In this document: positions 22,973-31,061 of the stretch, piece after piece
Numbering within the stretch: the first letter of the stretch is position 1
How the letters are laid out: each line of letters starts with the position of its first letter
NCBI GenBank assembly: GCA_963719315.1
Contig: CAVRBU010000006.1
Span: 224,001 to 288,000, forward strand
Direction: 5' to 3'
DNA: 64,000 nucleotides
Origin: an uncultured Planctomycetota bacterium
Lineage (GTDB): Bacteria; Planctomycetota; Planctomycetia; Pirellulales; Lacipirellulaceae
Notes under the pieces: generated by a model
What the model was told of the DNA's origin: nothing
Database searches by the model: none
The model's input: the letters and a program-made list of their open reading frames with translations, nothing else
Program-made: the position numbers and the translations under genes

Positions 22973-23701
22973 ATGAGATTATCACTTCGTGTTTGCACTT
23001 CGGTATCCACTTGTGTTGTCGCGTTTATCGGCGTGCGAATGACTCAAGCCACGGAATTTGTCGTTAGTTACAAACAGAATATCTATGGTGCTGGGCTCCC
23101 TTACACTCCTGACATAATTGGTGATGGTCTGCCGCCATCCGTGTTTTATTTCACGGCAGGACCTAATCAGGCCGTTACATTTTCACCAGCTAGTGGAACA
23201 GTCAATGGTTTTGGCGGAACGAGGCCCAGTACTGACAATCCAGATGGCTATGGCCCAAGTTCAAATCCGTTTCCCCCTGGTCAGTCTCCGACGGCACCGG
23301 CTGATTACCCCGGCTTCATGGGTTTGTCGGGACTGCGAGATGTGAACAACTCAGGCTACTTGATTGGTGTATTTCTGACCGACTCGCCGCCAGCCCAGCC
23401 GGCACCGCCAACTCTCGACTTTTCCAACAATAAGTCGTTCGCGAGCCTATCACCACTGACTGGTCAATTGTTCTTTATCGGCGACGGACTTACGGGGACA
23501 GGGACAGGTGATGTGCAGAAGTTTCTCGTCCCGCCAACCGCGACACGACTTTACATGGGGTTTATAGACTCATTCTTTGTGGACAATCTCGGAGCAATAA
23601 CTGCAAACGTCGAGATCAGTATGGTCCCAGAACCTTCTGCCTTGCTGTTGCTCGGCATTGGTGAGGTCGGTCTGCTCGGCTATCGCAAACGCACTCGCTA
23701 A
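22973..23701 (+). CDS. PEP-CTERM sorting-domain secreted protein (cassette 1)
   Basis: SD AGGAG at 22961, signal-like N-terminus, C-terminal VPEPSALLLLGIGEVGLLGYRKRTR. Confidence 0.85.
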   Translation: MRLSLRVCTSVSTCVVAFIGVRMTQATEFVVSYKQNIYGAGLPYTPDIIGDGLPPSVFYFTAGPNQAVTFSPASGTVNGFGGTRPSTDNPDGYGPSSNPFPPGQSPTAPADYPGFMGLSGLRDVNNSGYLIGVFLTDSPPAQPAPPTLDFSNNKSFASLSPLTGQLFFIGDGLTGTGTGDVQKFLVPPTATRLYMGFIDSFFVDNLGAITANVEISMVPEPSALLLLGIGEVGLLGYRKRTR

Positions 23702-23714
23702 TCAGTCTTTAGCC

Positions 23715-23736
23715 AAAAATGACTCCCTCCCCTTGA
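23715..23736 (-). repeat. Motif copy R3, AAAAATGACTCCCTCCCCTTGA
   Basis: Direct repeat of R2 with a 1-nt deletion; begins 14 bp after the PEP-CTERM stop. Confidence 0.85.
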
Positions 23737-23791
23737 TTCCATCCGCGAGGTTGAGCGACTGATTGATTCGTTGTCCTGGCTGGTAGTACCA

Positions 23792-24589
23792 ATGGCTAGA
23801 CGTAATCCATTTGATGGAGTCATTGTCAAACGAATGTCCACCCAGGAAGGCTACCTCTACACTTTCGATAAGAATGACCGCCTGTGTTGGGATAAAGAAA
23901 ATGCGGAGCGAGTTATTCTCCATCAAGACTTGCGCAGAGATTATGAGGGAATGCGCGTAGGACAACTTGGATGGACGGTGCCGGGCACTACGGACGGATA
24001 CGAGAGGATTGACGTTCAATTCGACTGTGGACAACGCCTGACGCTGAAAACCTGTTTCCTACTCCGCGTCCCACCAGAAAACGCAAGCACACTTGCGCAG
24101 GCGATGATTGACGAGTACCGAGGCACCATGCAGGATGCAGACCCGGAGGCAGCACAAGCAGCGAAAGTCGCCGCGATTAAAGGGTTGTACGACGACAAAA
24201 TCGACTATGCCGACTTAGTGCAAATGGGTGACGGTCCCCAGCAGGTGTATGCGTTCACTTATCCAAGTCTTGTTGAATTGGCGCACCTGAAACAGCAAGA
24301 GTTCTATCCCATCAAGATCGGATATACGGCAGATTGGGACTTCGGTGCTTTCAGTCGTTTGAATATGCTAATCCAGGACGGCACGGCATTGCCTGAAAAA
24401 CTACATCTCCTTTTCGTCATCAAGTGTAAAGACGGTCGGGCCATCGAGACTGCCATACAGCGAATCCTGCGCACCAAGCAACGTTGCGTGAAAACTGCCA
24501 TTGGTCGAGAGTGGTTCCTGAGCAATGTGGAGGAGCTTCACCGTCTCTTTGAACAGTGCATGGAAATGGAGCGCAACCAGGATTGTTGA
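23792..24589 (+). CDS. GIY-YIG (T5orf172/MUG113-like) domain protein (cassette 2)
   Basis: C-terminal VYAF...IKIGYT...SRL...TALPE...IETAIQRIL...GREWF. Confidence 0.75.
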   Translation: MARRNPFDGVIVKRMSTQEGYLYTFDKNDRLCWDKENAERVILHQDLRRDYEGMRVGQLGWTVPGTTDGYERIDVQFDCGQRLTLKTCFLLRVPPENASTLAQAMIDEYRGTMQDADPEAAQAAKVAAIKGLYDDKIDYADLVQMGDGPQQVYAFTYPSLVELAHLKQQEFYPIKIGYTADWDFGAFSRLNMLIQDGTALPEKLHLLFVIKCKDGRAIETAIQRILRTKQRCVKTAIGREWFLSNVEELHRLFEQCMEMERNQDC

Positions 24590-24947
24590 ATTCGCCAACT
24601 ACGATCCAAAATCACCAAAAACACCGACGCTATACATGCCAGTTACCTACCGGTTGTGCCGCGAATTCCTCACCATTGTTTCCCGCCACTGACTCCCACA
24701 AAAAACAGAGAAAACTCACCGACTACAACTATGACACCTGAAAACATGACGACACCGAAGAAAAAGTTCAAAACAGCATGGTTTGTAAGTACCCTCGCTT
24801 CACCAGTCATCCTACGCATCTGGAGGCCGACGTTCGATACGCCCCATGCTCTGCCAAATGGTCTTGCGCCACTCTTCGTGTAACGCTTCGCTTTGTGTGC
24901 GCTTGAACCATTCATCCGACTGTGAGTCCAAAATCTGAATCCCTAGG

Positions 24948-25397
24948 TCAATTCGCATCGCAGTTACCATTATCCGCGATGGCTTGAGTCAGTGCGTCAT
25001 AGTTAGCACGGCTGAACACACCGAATCCATGATCCTCAGCAATGTTGAGCAATTCATGGTTGGCTCGCATTACGATGACGCTGAGAGCAATCACGCGCGC
25101 ACCGCCAAACACTTGTAGACGGCTGTGGGCCGCAACGATTGCTCGATTGCTTTTGTCAAAGTCCTGTACCGATGCGTGGCGTATCGCTTCAGCATTCTCA
25201 TCGACGGCCGCAAGCATCCGCTCATAGACGTTGAATCGTTCCTGCCAAAGCCGCTCCGCCATTGGCTCCCAACGTGATGCGCGGCGGTATGCTTCCGTTT
25301 TCCGAAGTTGCCACCATGCGGCAAACAATGCTAAGGCCGTGCCGCCAAGTGCGCCTAACGCGGATAGTAAGATGGTCTGCCACCAAGGCGCTTGCAT
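24948..25397 (-). CDS. Hypothetical protein with an N-terminal TM helix (cassette)
   Basis: 149-aa ORF; hydrophobic N-terminus followed by a helical domain; R5 lies ~60 bp upstream. Confidence 0.6.
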   Translation of the reverse strand: MQAPWWQTILLSALGALGGTALALFAAWWQLRKTEAYRRASRWEPMAERLWQERFNVYERMLAAVDENAEAIRHASVQDFDKSNRAIVAAHSRLQVFGGARVIALSVIVMRANHELLNIAEDHGFGVFSRANYDALTQAIADNGNCDAN

Positions 25398-25458
25398 TGT
25401 CTATATCCAGTACCAGGCAAGTCCGAAAATCAGCAGCACTAGGAATCAAAGTAAACTC

Positions 25459-25480
25459 TAAAGGTAACGGGAGTCATTTT
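25459..25480 (+). repeat. Motif copy R5, TAAAGGTAACGGGAGTCATTTT
   Basis: Read directly from the sequence. Confidence 0.88.
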
Positions 25481-25690
25481 ATTGAGATCACGAGCACCGT
25501 TGCTATACGGCTCGTCAAAAACTCTCACCTCGCCACAAACGGTCGTGCTCTCCGGACTTTGTTCCCTCCGGGCCTTGGCGCTGGCGTTTTCCACAACAAT
25601 TCTTGAACATCCTTCCGCTCCCACATCGACAACGGCGATTCCCTGCCGGCTTGCTCGATCCGCGCTTAGCGATTGCCCGCCTTTGCAGCG
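25481..25690 (-). pseudogene. Diverged partial copy of the 3' end of the SEC-C gene (matches 27340-27549)
   Basis: Encodes QRRAIAKRGSSKPAGNRRCRCGSGRMFKNCCG with no start codon; aligns by eye to 27340-27549. Confidence 0.85.
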
Positions 25691-25708
25691 AGGAAAAAAA
25701 GAGGAAAA

Positions 25709-26730
25709 AAAGGGAACGGGAGTGCTCAGTAGAAAACGTCTGAATGCTAGCTAAACATCGGTGTGTGTTGGTTCGTATGACGGTGGATGAAGACGAGCAA
25801 GAGTCCGAAGCGCGTGTTGGTCGAGGCACTGGCCGTGGCCCAGGCTTCGCTGCCGCGGTACTCGCATCGGTTCAGCCCACGGGTCTTCACGCAGCATCAA
25901 CTGTTTGCCTGTCTGGTGCTCAAGGATTTTTACAACCTGACCTATCGGGGCACCGTTGGCCTGTTGGCGGACAGCGATTCGCTGTGCGAAGCGATCGGCC
26001 TGGAAAAGGTGCCCCACTTCACGACGCTGCAAAAGTCGGCCGATCGGTTGTTGGTGAAGAAGTCGTTTCAACGGCTGATCACGGCCACGGTCCAGCGGGC
26101 ACGGAAGGCCAAGCTGCTCCGCCGCTCCGTGCGATTGGCAGCCATCGACACCAGCGGCTTCGAAGCGCGGCACACCAGTCGCTACTATGCCTGGCGTCGA
26201 AAAAAGGTGGGAAAACACGGACGAACGTGCGCCGTCTCCTATCGCCGCTACCCCAAGCTGGGCGTGGTCTGCGACACGACGAGTCATTTCTGCCTGGCGG
26301 CCCGGGCTAGCCAGGGACCGCGGCCCGACTTCGGCGATTTCCGCCCGCTCGTCGTCGAAGCGCAGGCTCGCACCGGAGTGAAGGCGGTCGCGGCGGACGC
26401 CGGCTTCGACAGCGAAGCCAACCACGTGTTGGCCCGCGACGAACTGGGGATTCAGTCCCTGATCCCCGCCGAGCACGGCCGACCGCCGGCCGGGGAACCC
26501 GTGGGCCGCTATCGAAAGCAGATGAAACGTCATTTGCACGAAAGTCGTTATGGACAACGTTGGCAGGTGGAAACCGTCTACTCGATGATCAAACGTCTCT
26601 CGGGAGAAGTCGTCAACGCCCGCACCCACTGGCGCCGCTGCCGACTCCTGCTCCTCAAAACACTCACTCACAACATCTCGATTCTCAGACAACACCTAGG
26701 TTTTCTACTGAGCAGAACGGGAGTCATTTC
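25709..26730 (+). repeat. Motif copy R6, AAAGGGAACGGGAG|TCATTTC, interrupted by the IS
   Basis: Removing 25723-26723 (the IS plus one TSD copy) restores the motif. Confidence 0.85.
25723..26714 (+). mobile_element. IS5-family-like insertion sequence (992 bp)
   Basis: Perfect 15-bp TIRs TGCTCAGTAGAAAAC / GTTTTCTACTGAGCA. 9-bp TSD GAACGGGAG at 25714-22 and 26715-23. Confidence 0.93.
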
Positions 26731-26758
26731 TACGGGAAGTGTCGCTCGTCTCCTATAG
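25787..26758 (+). CDS. DDE transposase (IS5/IS4-like)
   Basis: PHFTTL, AIDTSGF, ADAGFDSE and YGQRWQVETVYSMIKR. The ORF reads through the right TIR. Confidence 0.9.
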   Translation: MKTSKSPKRVLVEALAVAQASLPRYSHRFSPRVFTQHQLFACLVLKDFYNLTYRGTVGLLADSDSLCEAIGLEKVPHFTTLQKSADRLLVKKSFQRLITATVQRARKAKLLRRSVRLAAIDTSGFEARHTSRYYAWRRKKVGKHGRTCAVSYRRYPKLGVVCDTTSHFCLAARASQGPRPDFGDFRPLVVEAQARTGVKAVAADAGFDSEANHVLARDELGIQSLIPAEHGRPPAGEPVGRYRKQMKRHLHESRYGQRWQVETVYSMIKRLSGEVVNARTHWRRCRLLLLKTLTHNISILRQHLGFLLSRTGVISTGSVARLL

Positions 26759-26778
26759 CCTCTCCCAATGTCGGAAGA

Positions 26779-27048
26779 TTAGTAGTGATAGCGGCAGGCC
26801 AGGATGCGGATTCTCTCGTTGCTTAATTGGTATACCAAACGATGTTCGTCATCAATCCGCTTGGACCAGCACCCGGCGAGCTCGTGTTTGAGTGGTTCTG
26901 GTTTGCCAACGCCGCCGAACGGATCGGTGGAGGTTTCCTGGACAAGCCGGAGAATGCGCGTCGCCTTCTTGCGATCGTGCTGGATCCACCAGGCCAGATC
27001 GTCGAGCGCGGCGGCGTCAAATTCCAAGCTTCTGGCGGGCTTCGTCAA
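26779..27048 (-). CDS. yoeB: Txe/YoeB-family toxin
   Basis: DPFGGVGKPEPLKHELAGCWSKRIDDEHRLVY...CRYHY; probable TTG start at 27048. Confidence 0.9.
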   Translation of the reverse strand: MTKPARSLEFDAAALDDLAWWIQHDRKKATRILRLVQETSTDPFGGVGKPEPLKHELAGCWSKRIDDEHRLVYQLSNERIRILACRYHY

Positions 27049-27229
27049 GCGTAACGCCTCCGATTCGATCCTTGGCTTCGAGAAGACGCTTGCGCATGGC
27101 ATCGCTATTGAGCAGGTAGGCGGTTTCGCGCTCAGATTCGATTTCGCGCCAGACTTCAATTGGCACAATCACGGCGATCGCGTTGCCACTGTCGTCGGAG
27201 ACGTATTGAACGGGCGTGTCGGCGGGCAT
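27017..27229 (-). CDS. Putative antitoxin partner of YoeB
   Basis: 70 aa, upstream of and overlapping the toxin. ETAYLLNSDAMRKRLLEA resembles a YefM C-terminus. Confidence 0.8.
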   Translation of the reverse strand: MPADTPVQYVSDDSGNAIAVIVPIEVWREIESERETAYLLNSDAMRKRLLEAKDRIGGVTLDEARQKLGI

Positions 27230-27323
27230 TTTTACAATTGCAAAACCAGTGGTGGGGCGGTTCGAATGCGTATTTTATTATACCCGAATTTACCGGCCGC
27301 ACGTGGGGAAATACACGGTGATA

Positions 27324-27339
27324 TAAAGGGAGTCATTTT
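27324..27339 (+). repeat. Motif copy R7 (internally deleted), TAAAGGGAGTCATTTT
   Basis: Read directly from the sequence; its right flank matches the right flank of R5. Confidence 0.8.
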
Positions 27340-27415
27340 CTTGAGATCACGAGCATGGTTGCTATACGGCTCGCCAAAAATTCTTCCCGCGACGCGGACG
27401 GTCTCCCTCTACGTC

Positions 27416-28279
27416 CTATCTTCCCTCTTGGCCTTGGCGCTGGCGTTTTCCACAACAATTCTTGAACATCTTTCCGCTCCCACATCGGCAACGGCGATTC
27501 CCTGCCGGCTTCGTTGATCCGCGCTTAGCGATTGCCCGCCTTTGCTGCGCCGATATCCCGGCCGGCCGGGAATCTTTCGCATCGTCGCACCATTGTGACG
27601 GGGTCGATCCCTCATAGCGGACATGGGATGAAGCGCCCCGCTCCAGGAAACCACGGATCAATGGGGCCGGGTCCTCGCGTCCGTCATCTACGCCCATGCT
27701 CAGCTTGCGTTGCCATGCCGCCGATTCGTCGCTGCTCAGAACCCCCAAGGGAAGCGCCGCGCCAGTCGTCGTGACGAACGCACCAAAGTCCAGCAGCCGT
27801 GTCGCAAGCAACACGCCGGGCCGTGCCGTTTCGGAGAAACCCATGTCAACCAGCAGTCGCGTCTCGTCTGTAAACAAGTTCTTGATATGACAACCCACGC
27901 CCGGCTCGATGCGAGTCACGATTACCAGCGCATACTTGGCATGGCGCATCGCCTGCAAGCACGCCATCTCGTCGGAGTCAGGATCGGGCGAATGGTCTTG
28001 CAGGTATTGGTCAATCGCATTACGACCGCTGCGATAAACGTCGTAGATGCAGTAATCCATCAGCACCGAGGACTCGTCTTCGTTGTCGAAGACGAATGTT
28101 CCGCGCCGCAGGATGCCAAGTTTCTTGCCCCCTTCCTCGAGCGCATTGCGCGAAAGCCGTCCAACCAGTTCATTGTTCAGACGCAAGCGCAGCGGGCGAA
28201 GTCGCTGGTAGAGAGCAACAATCTCTGCCGTGTCCGTGGGCTGGCTGGGTCCGTGCTTGAGGAATCCGAAGAGACCCAT
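27416..28279 (-). CDS. SEC-C motif-containing protein (cassette)
   Basis: C-terminal NRRCRCGSGKMFKNCCG; SD AGGAGG upstream. Confidence 0.8.
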   Translation of the reverse strand: MGLFGFLKHGPSQPTDTAEIVALYQRLRPLRLRLNNELVGRLSRNALEEGGKKLGILRRGTFVFDNEDESSVLMDYCIYDVYRSGRNAIDQYLQDHSPDPDSDEMACLQAMRHAKYALVIVTRIEPGVGCHIKNLFTDETRLLVDMGFSETARPGVLLATRLLDFGAFVTTTGAALPLGVLSSDESAAWQRKLSMGVDDGREDPAPLIRGFLERGASSHVRYEGSTPSQWCDDAKDSRPAGISAQQRRAIAKRGSTKPAGNRRCRCGSGKMFKNCCGKRQRQGQEGR

Positions 28280-28302
28280 GATTCACCTCCTTGTCGGAAT
28301 AA

Positions 28303-28313
28303 TAAAGGGGACG
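28303..28313 (+). repeat. Half motif R8, TAAAGGGGACG, at the right island boundary
   Basis: 11/11 identical to the first half of R1; abuts the stop codon of the sigma54 regulator. Confidence 0.6.
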
Positions 28314-30191
28314 TTAGCGGTCGATGTGATATTGCTCGATCTTTCGATACAGCGTGGCCCTGCCGATGCCCAGCAGCTTGGCCGCTTCGGGGACGTTGTC
28401 GGCCGTGCGGTTGAGGGCTTCGGTGATGAGGCGTTTTTCCCATTCGTCGATCCGGAGCGTTTCCAGCTCGCTGCTGCCGGAGTCGCGAAGGGCCAAGTCC
28501 TGCGGGCGGATCGAGTCTTCGTCGGCCAGCACGACGGCGCTATCCAGCACGTTGCGAAGCTGCCTGACGTTGCCGGGCCAGCGATAGGCGATCAGCTTCG
28601 CGCGGGCCGCGTCGGACAGGCCGAGGTTCGGTCGGCCGTGTAGCCGGCGGAAGTGATCCAGGAAGAAATCCATGAGGAGCGGGAGGTCTTCGCCCCGGTC
28701 ACGGAGCGGCGGCAGGTACAACTCGAAAACGCTGAGTCGATAGTACAAGTCTTCGCGAAAACGCTTGTCGCGAACATAGGTTTGCAAGTTCTGGTTCGTC
28801 GCCGCGATGACGCGGACATCCACGCTGATTTCTTCCGTCGCGCCGACCGGCAGAAACGGATGGCCTTCGAGAATCCGCAGCAGCTTCGCCTGTCCCTCGA
28901 GCGTCAGCTCGCCGACTTCGTCCAGGAAGAGCGTGCCCAGATCGGCCTGTTGGAAGAATCCGATGTGGTCGCGGTCGGCACTAGTAAACGAGCCGGCCTT
29001 GTGGCCAAACAGTTGGCTCTCGATGAGGTCGCCCGGAATGGCGGCGCAATTGACCGAGACCATGGGCCGATCGGCCCGCGGGCTGGTGCGATGGATGGCC
29101 CGCGCCACGAGCTCCTTGCCGGAGCCGCTCTCGCCGCGGACCAGCACGCAACCCGGTGCGCGGGCGACACGATTGATTTTCGATTTGAGATCGCGCATCG
29201 GCGGGCAGTTGCCGATGAGTTCGTCGTGGCCGGGCGATTTTTCGACGAGCCGCTGGTAATCGCTTTGGAGGGTCGTCAGGGCGCGGGCCCGCACGAGCGA
29301 AATGGCCACGATGTTGGCCACCGAGATGATGAAGTCGAAATCCGACTGGCGGAATCGGCCGTCTTCCAAATACACGTGGATCGCACCGAGCGTCGTGCGT
29401 TCGCCGTCTTCGTTGCGGCGGACGAGCGGCGCGCAGACGGCGTCGGCAAAATGGCCCAAGTCTCGGGTACCCTCTGGGTGGCCTTCTTTCGACGCCTGAT
29501 TTGCCACCCACACCGCGTGCCCTTGTCGCGAGACGAGCTCGGTGAGCGATTGATTGAGCGTGACGCGGTTGGCCGCGTCTTTGGGAATCACCAGCTTCGG
29601 TTGCAGGCTGCCCTCATCGCTGACCGATAGGAATCCGACGACCGATGCGCTGGTGCGCTTCCGCAACAAATCGAGTGCGATTTCGAGCACGCGATTCGGA
29701 TCGCCGCAGCCGAGCAGCTTGATGCAAAGTTGGTAGAGCAGCATCAACTCTTTGACTTGCTCGGTACTGGGCAGGCCGGCGAGCGCATCTTCGTGCGATT
29801 CTTGCACGGCGATCGGCAGGTCTTGCACGATCGTCTGCATGAGCTGCGGATCGTCGCCCTTGGCCGTGGGCGGCTCCTCGGATTCGTGGAATTCGAACTC
29901 GGCCGAGCCGACGCGGATCGTGTTGCCGTCGATGACCGTCGCTTCGTCGATCTTCTGGCCATTGACGAGGGTGCCGTTGCGGCTGCCGTCATCGCGAATG
30001 ACCCAGCCGTCGGGAGTGGAGGTGAGCGTGGCGTGAACGCGCGAGCAGAGCGGATCCTGCAATGAAATGTGGCAATCGGTGCCCCGGCCGATGAGCGTGG
30101 TGCGGCGGGAATCGAGCGGAAAATTGGTGCCGGCGCGAGGGCCCGTGAGGATCGTAAGATATGCGTAAAGTCCGCGGCTGGTGACCGTCAT
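28314..30191 (-). CDS. Sigma54-dependent activator (FHA-GAF-AAA+-Fis HTH)
   Basis: FHA (IGRG..SRVHA..SRNGT), GESGSGKE, GHKAGSFTSA, FLDEVGE, WPGNVRQL and LGIGRATLYRK. Confidence 0.93.
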   Translation of the reverse strand: MTVTSRGLYAYLTILTGPRAGTNFPLDSRRTTLIGRGTDCHISLQDPLCSRVHATLTSTPDGWVIRDDGSRNGTLVNGQKIDEATVIDGNTIRVGSAEFEFHESEEPPTAKGDDPQLMQTIVQDLPIAVQESHEDALAGLPSTEQVKELMLLYQLCIKLLGCGDPNRVLEIALDLLRKRTSASVVGFLSVSDEGSLQPKLVIPKDAANRVTLNQSLTELVSRQGHAVWVANQASKEGHPEGTRDLGHFADAVCAPLVRRNEDGERTTLGAIHVYLEDGRFRQSDFDFIISVANIVAISLVRARALTTLQSDYQRLVEKSPGHDELIGNCPPMRDLKSKINRVARAPGCVLVRGESGSGKELVARAIHRTSPRADRPMVSVNCAAIPGDLIESQLFGHKAGSFTSADRDHIGFFQQADLGTLFLDEVGELTLEGQAKLLRILEGHPFLPVGATEEISVDVRVIAATNQNLQTYVRDKRFREDLYYRLSVFELYLPPLRDRGEDLPLLMDFFLDHFRRLHGRPNLGLSDAARAKLIAYRWPGNVRQLRNVLDSAVVLADEDSIRPQDLALRDSGSSELETLRIDEWEKRLITEALNRTADNVPEAAKLLGIGRATLYRKIEQYHIDR

Positions 30192-30350
30192 AGTATCGCC
30201 CGGCGAATTCGGCGGAACGGGAGCGAAACTGCATGGTACACCAGCGCGGGCCGGCTTGGAATTGGCCCGGCGATGCGGATAATGGCGTTGTTCGGTTGGG
30301 GCTCCCGCCACCGACAGCAGTACCAATACTCAAGCATTAAGGAAAGCGAC

Positions 30351-31061
30351 ATGGTCACCGACCCGCGGTTCGATGTGCAACCAGACGAATACACCGACCC
30401 GCAGAAGCGGCGCAGCAAGTGGGCGAGTTGCCTGATCGGGTGCCTCATAATTTTGGGGGTGATGCTGGTGGTGGCGATCCTGGTTGCCGTTTGGGTCAGT
30501 CGAAACTGGCGCGGCTGGACCGCAGACTTTGGGTCGATGGCGATGAACCAGGCAATCGACGATTCCACCATGCCCCCGCAAGAAAAGGGCGAAGTGAAAG
30601 TGCAAGTCGAGCGCGTTGCGACAGCACTGCGAGATGGCCGGATAGGCGCCGCGCAGGCGGGTGCGATCTTCACCAAAGTGATGGATTCGCCACTGATGCC
30701 CACGCTAGTCGTGGCCGCCATCGGCCAGCACTATTTCGAGCAGTCGAAACTGAGCGACGAAGAAAAAACCGAGGGGCGTCAAACGCTCAACCGTTTTGCC
30801 CGCGCGATCATCGACAAGAAAGTCGACAAGAAGGGGATCGATGCCGTGATGATGCATATTGCCGATCGGCGATCGAATGGTCGGTGGCAATTTCGCCCGC
30901 AAGTGAGCGACGAAGAGTTACGTGCGGCGTTGGCTGAAGCAAAATCGCAAGCGGACGCAGCGGGAATCGCCGCCGAGCCGACGGATATTGACTTCTCGGA
31001 AGAATTCAAACGAATTATCGACGAGGAATTGCCGGCTAATTCGCGCTGGTCCGACTACTGA
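30351..31061 (+). CDS. Hypothetical membrane protein
   Basis: SD AAGGA; CLIGCLIILGVMLVVAILVAVWV TM helix followed by a helical domain. Confidence 0.7.
   Translation: MVTDPRFDVQPDEYTDPQKRRSKWASCLIGCLIILGVMLVVAILVAVWVSRNWRGWTADFGSMAMNQAIDDSTMPPQEKGEVKVQVERVATALRDGRIGAAQAGAIFTKVMDSPLMPTLVVAAIGQHYFEQSKLSDEEKTEGRQTLNRFARAIIDKKVDKKGIDAVMMHIADRRSNGRWQFRPQVSDEELRAALAEAKSQADAAGIAAEPTDIDFSEEFKRIIDEELPANSRWSDY

Larger units (their letters stand above)
22103..28313. mobile_element. RAYT-associated accessory island punctuated by a repeat (putative cassette array)
   Basis: Seven full or partial copies of the motif TAAAGGGGACGGGAGTCATTT delimit the island and its genes. Cargo looks more AT-rich than the backbone. 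Confidence 0.7.

Noticed and set aside
24686..24700. Possible extra motif copy (ACTGACTCCCAC) and the small ORF 24656..24883
   Set aside because: Only TGACTCCC matches and the CCTTT half is missing; the ORF has no recognisable features.
22103..28313. CRISPR array or classical integron
   Set aside because: Spacing is gene-sized and irregular, orientation flips, and there are no cas genes, no IntI tyrosine recombinase and no attC-like hairpins.
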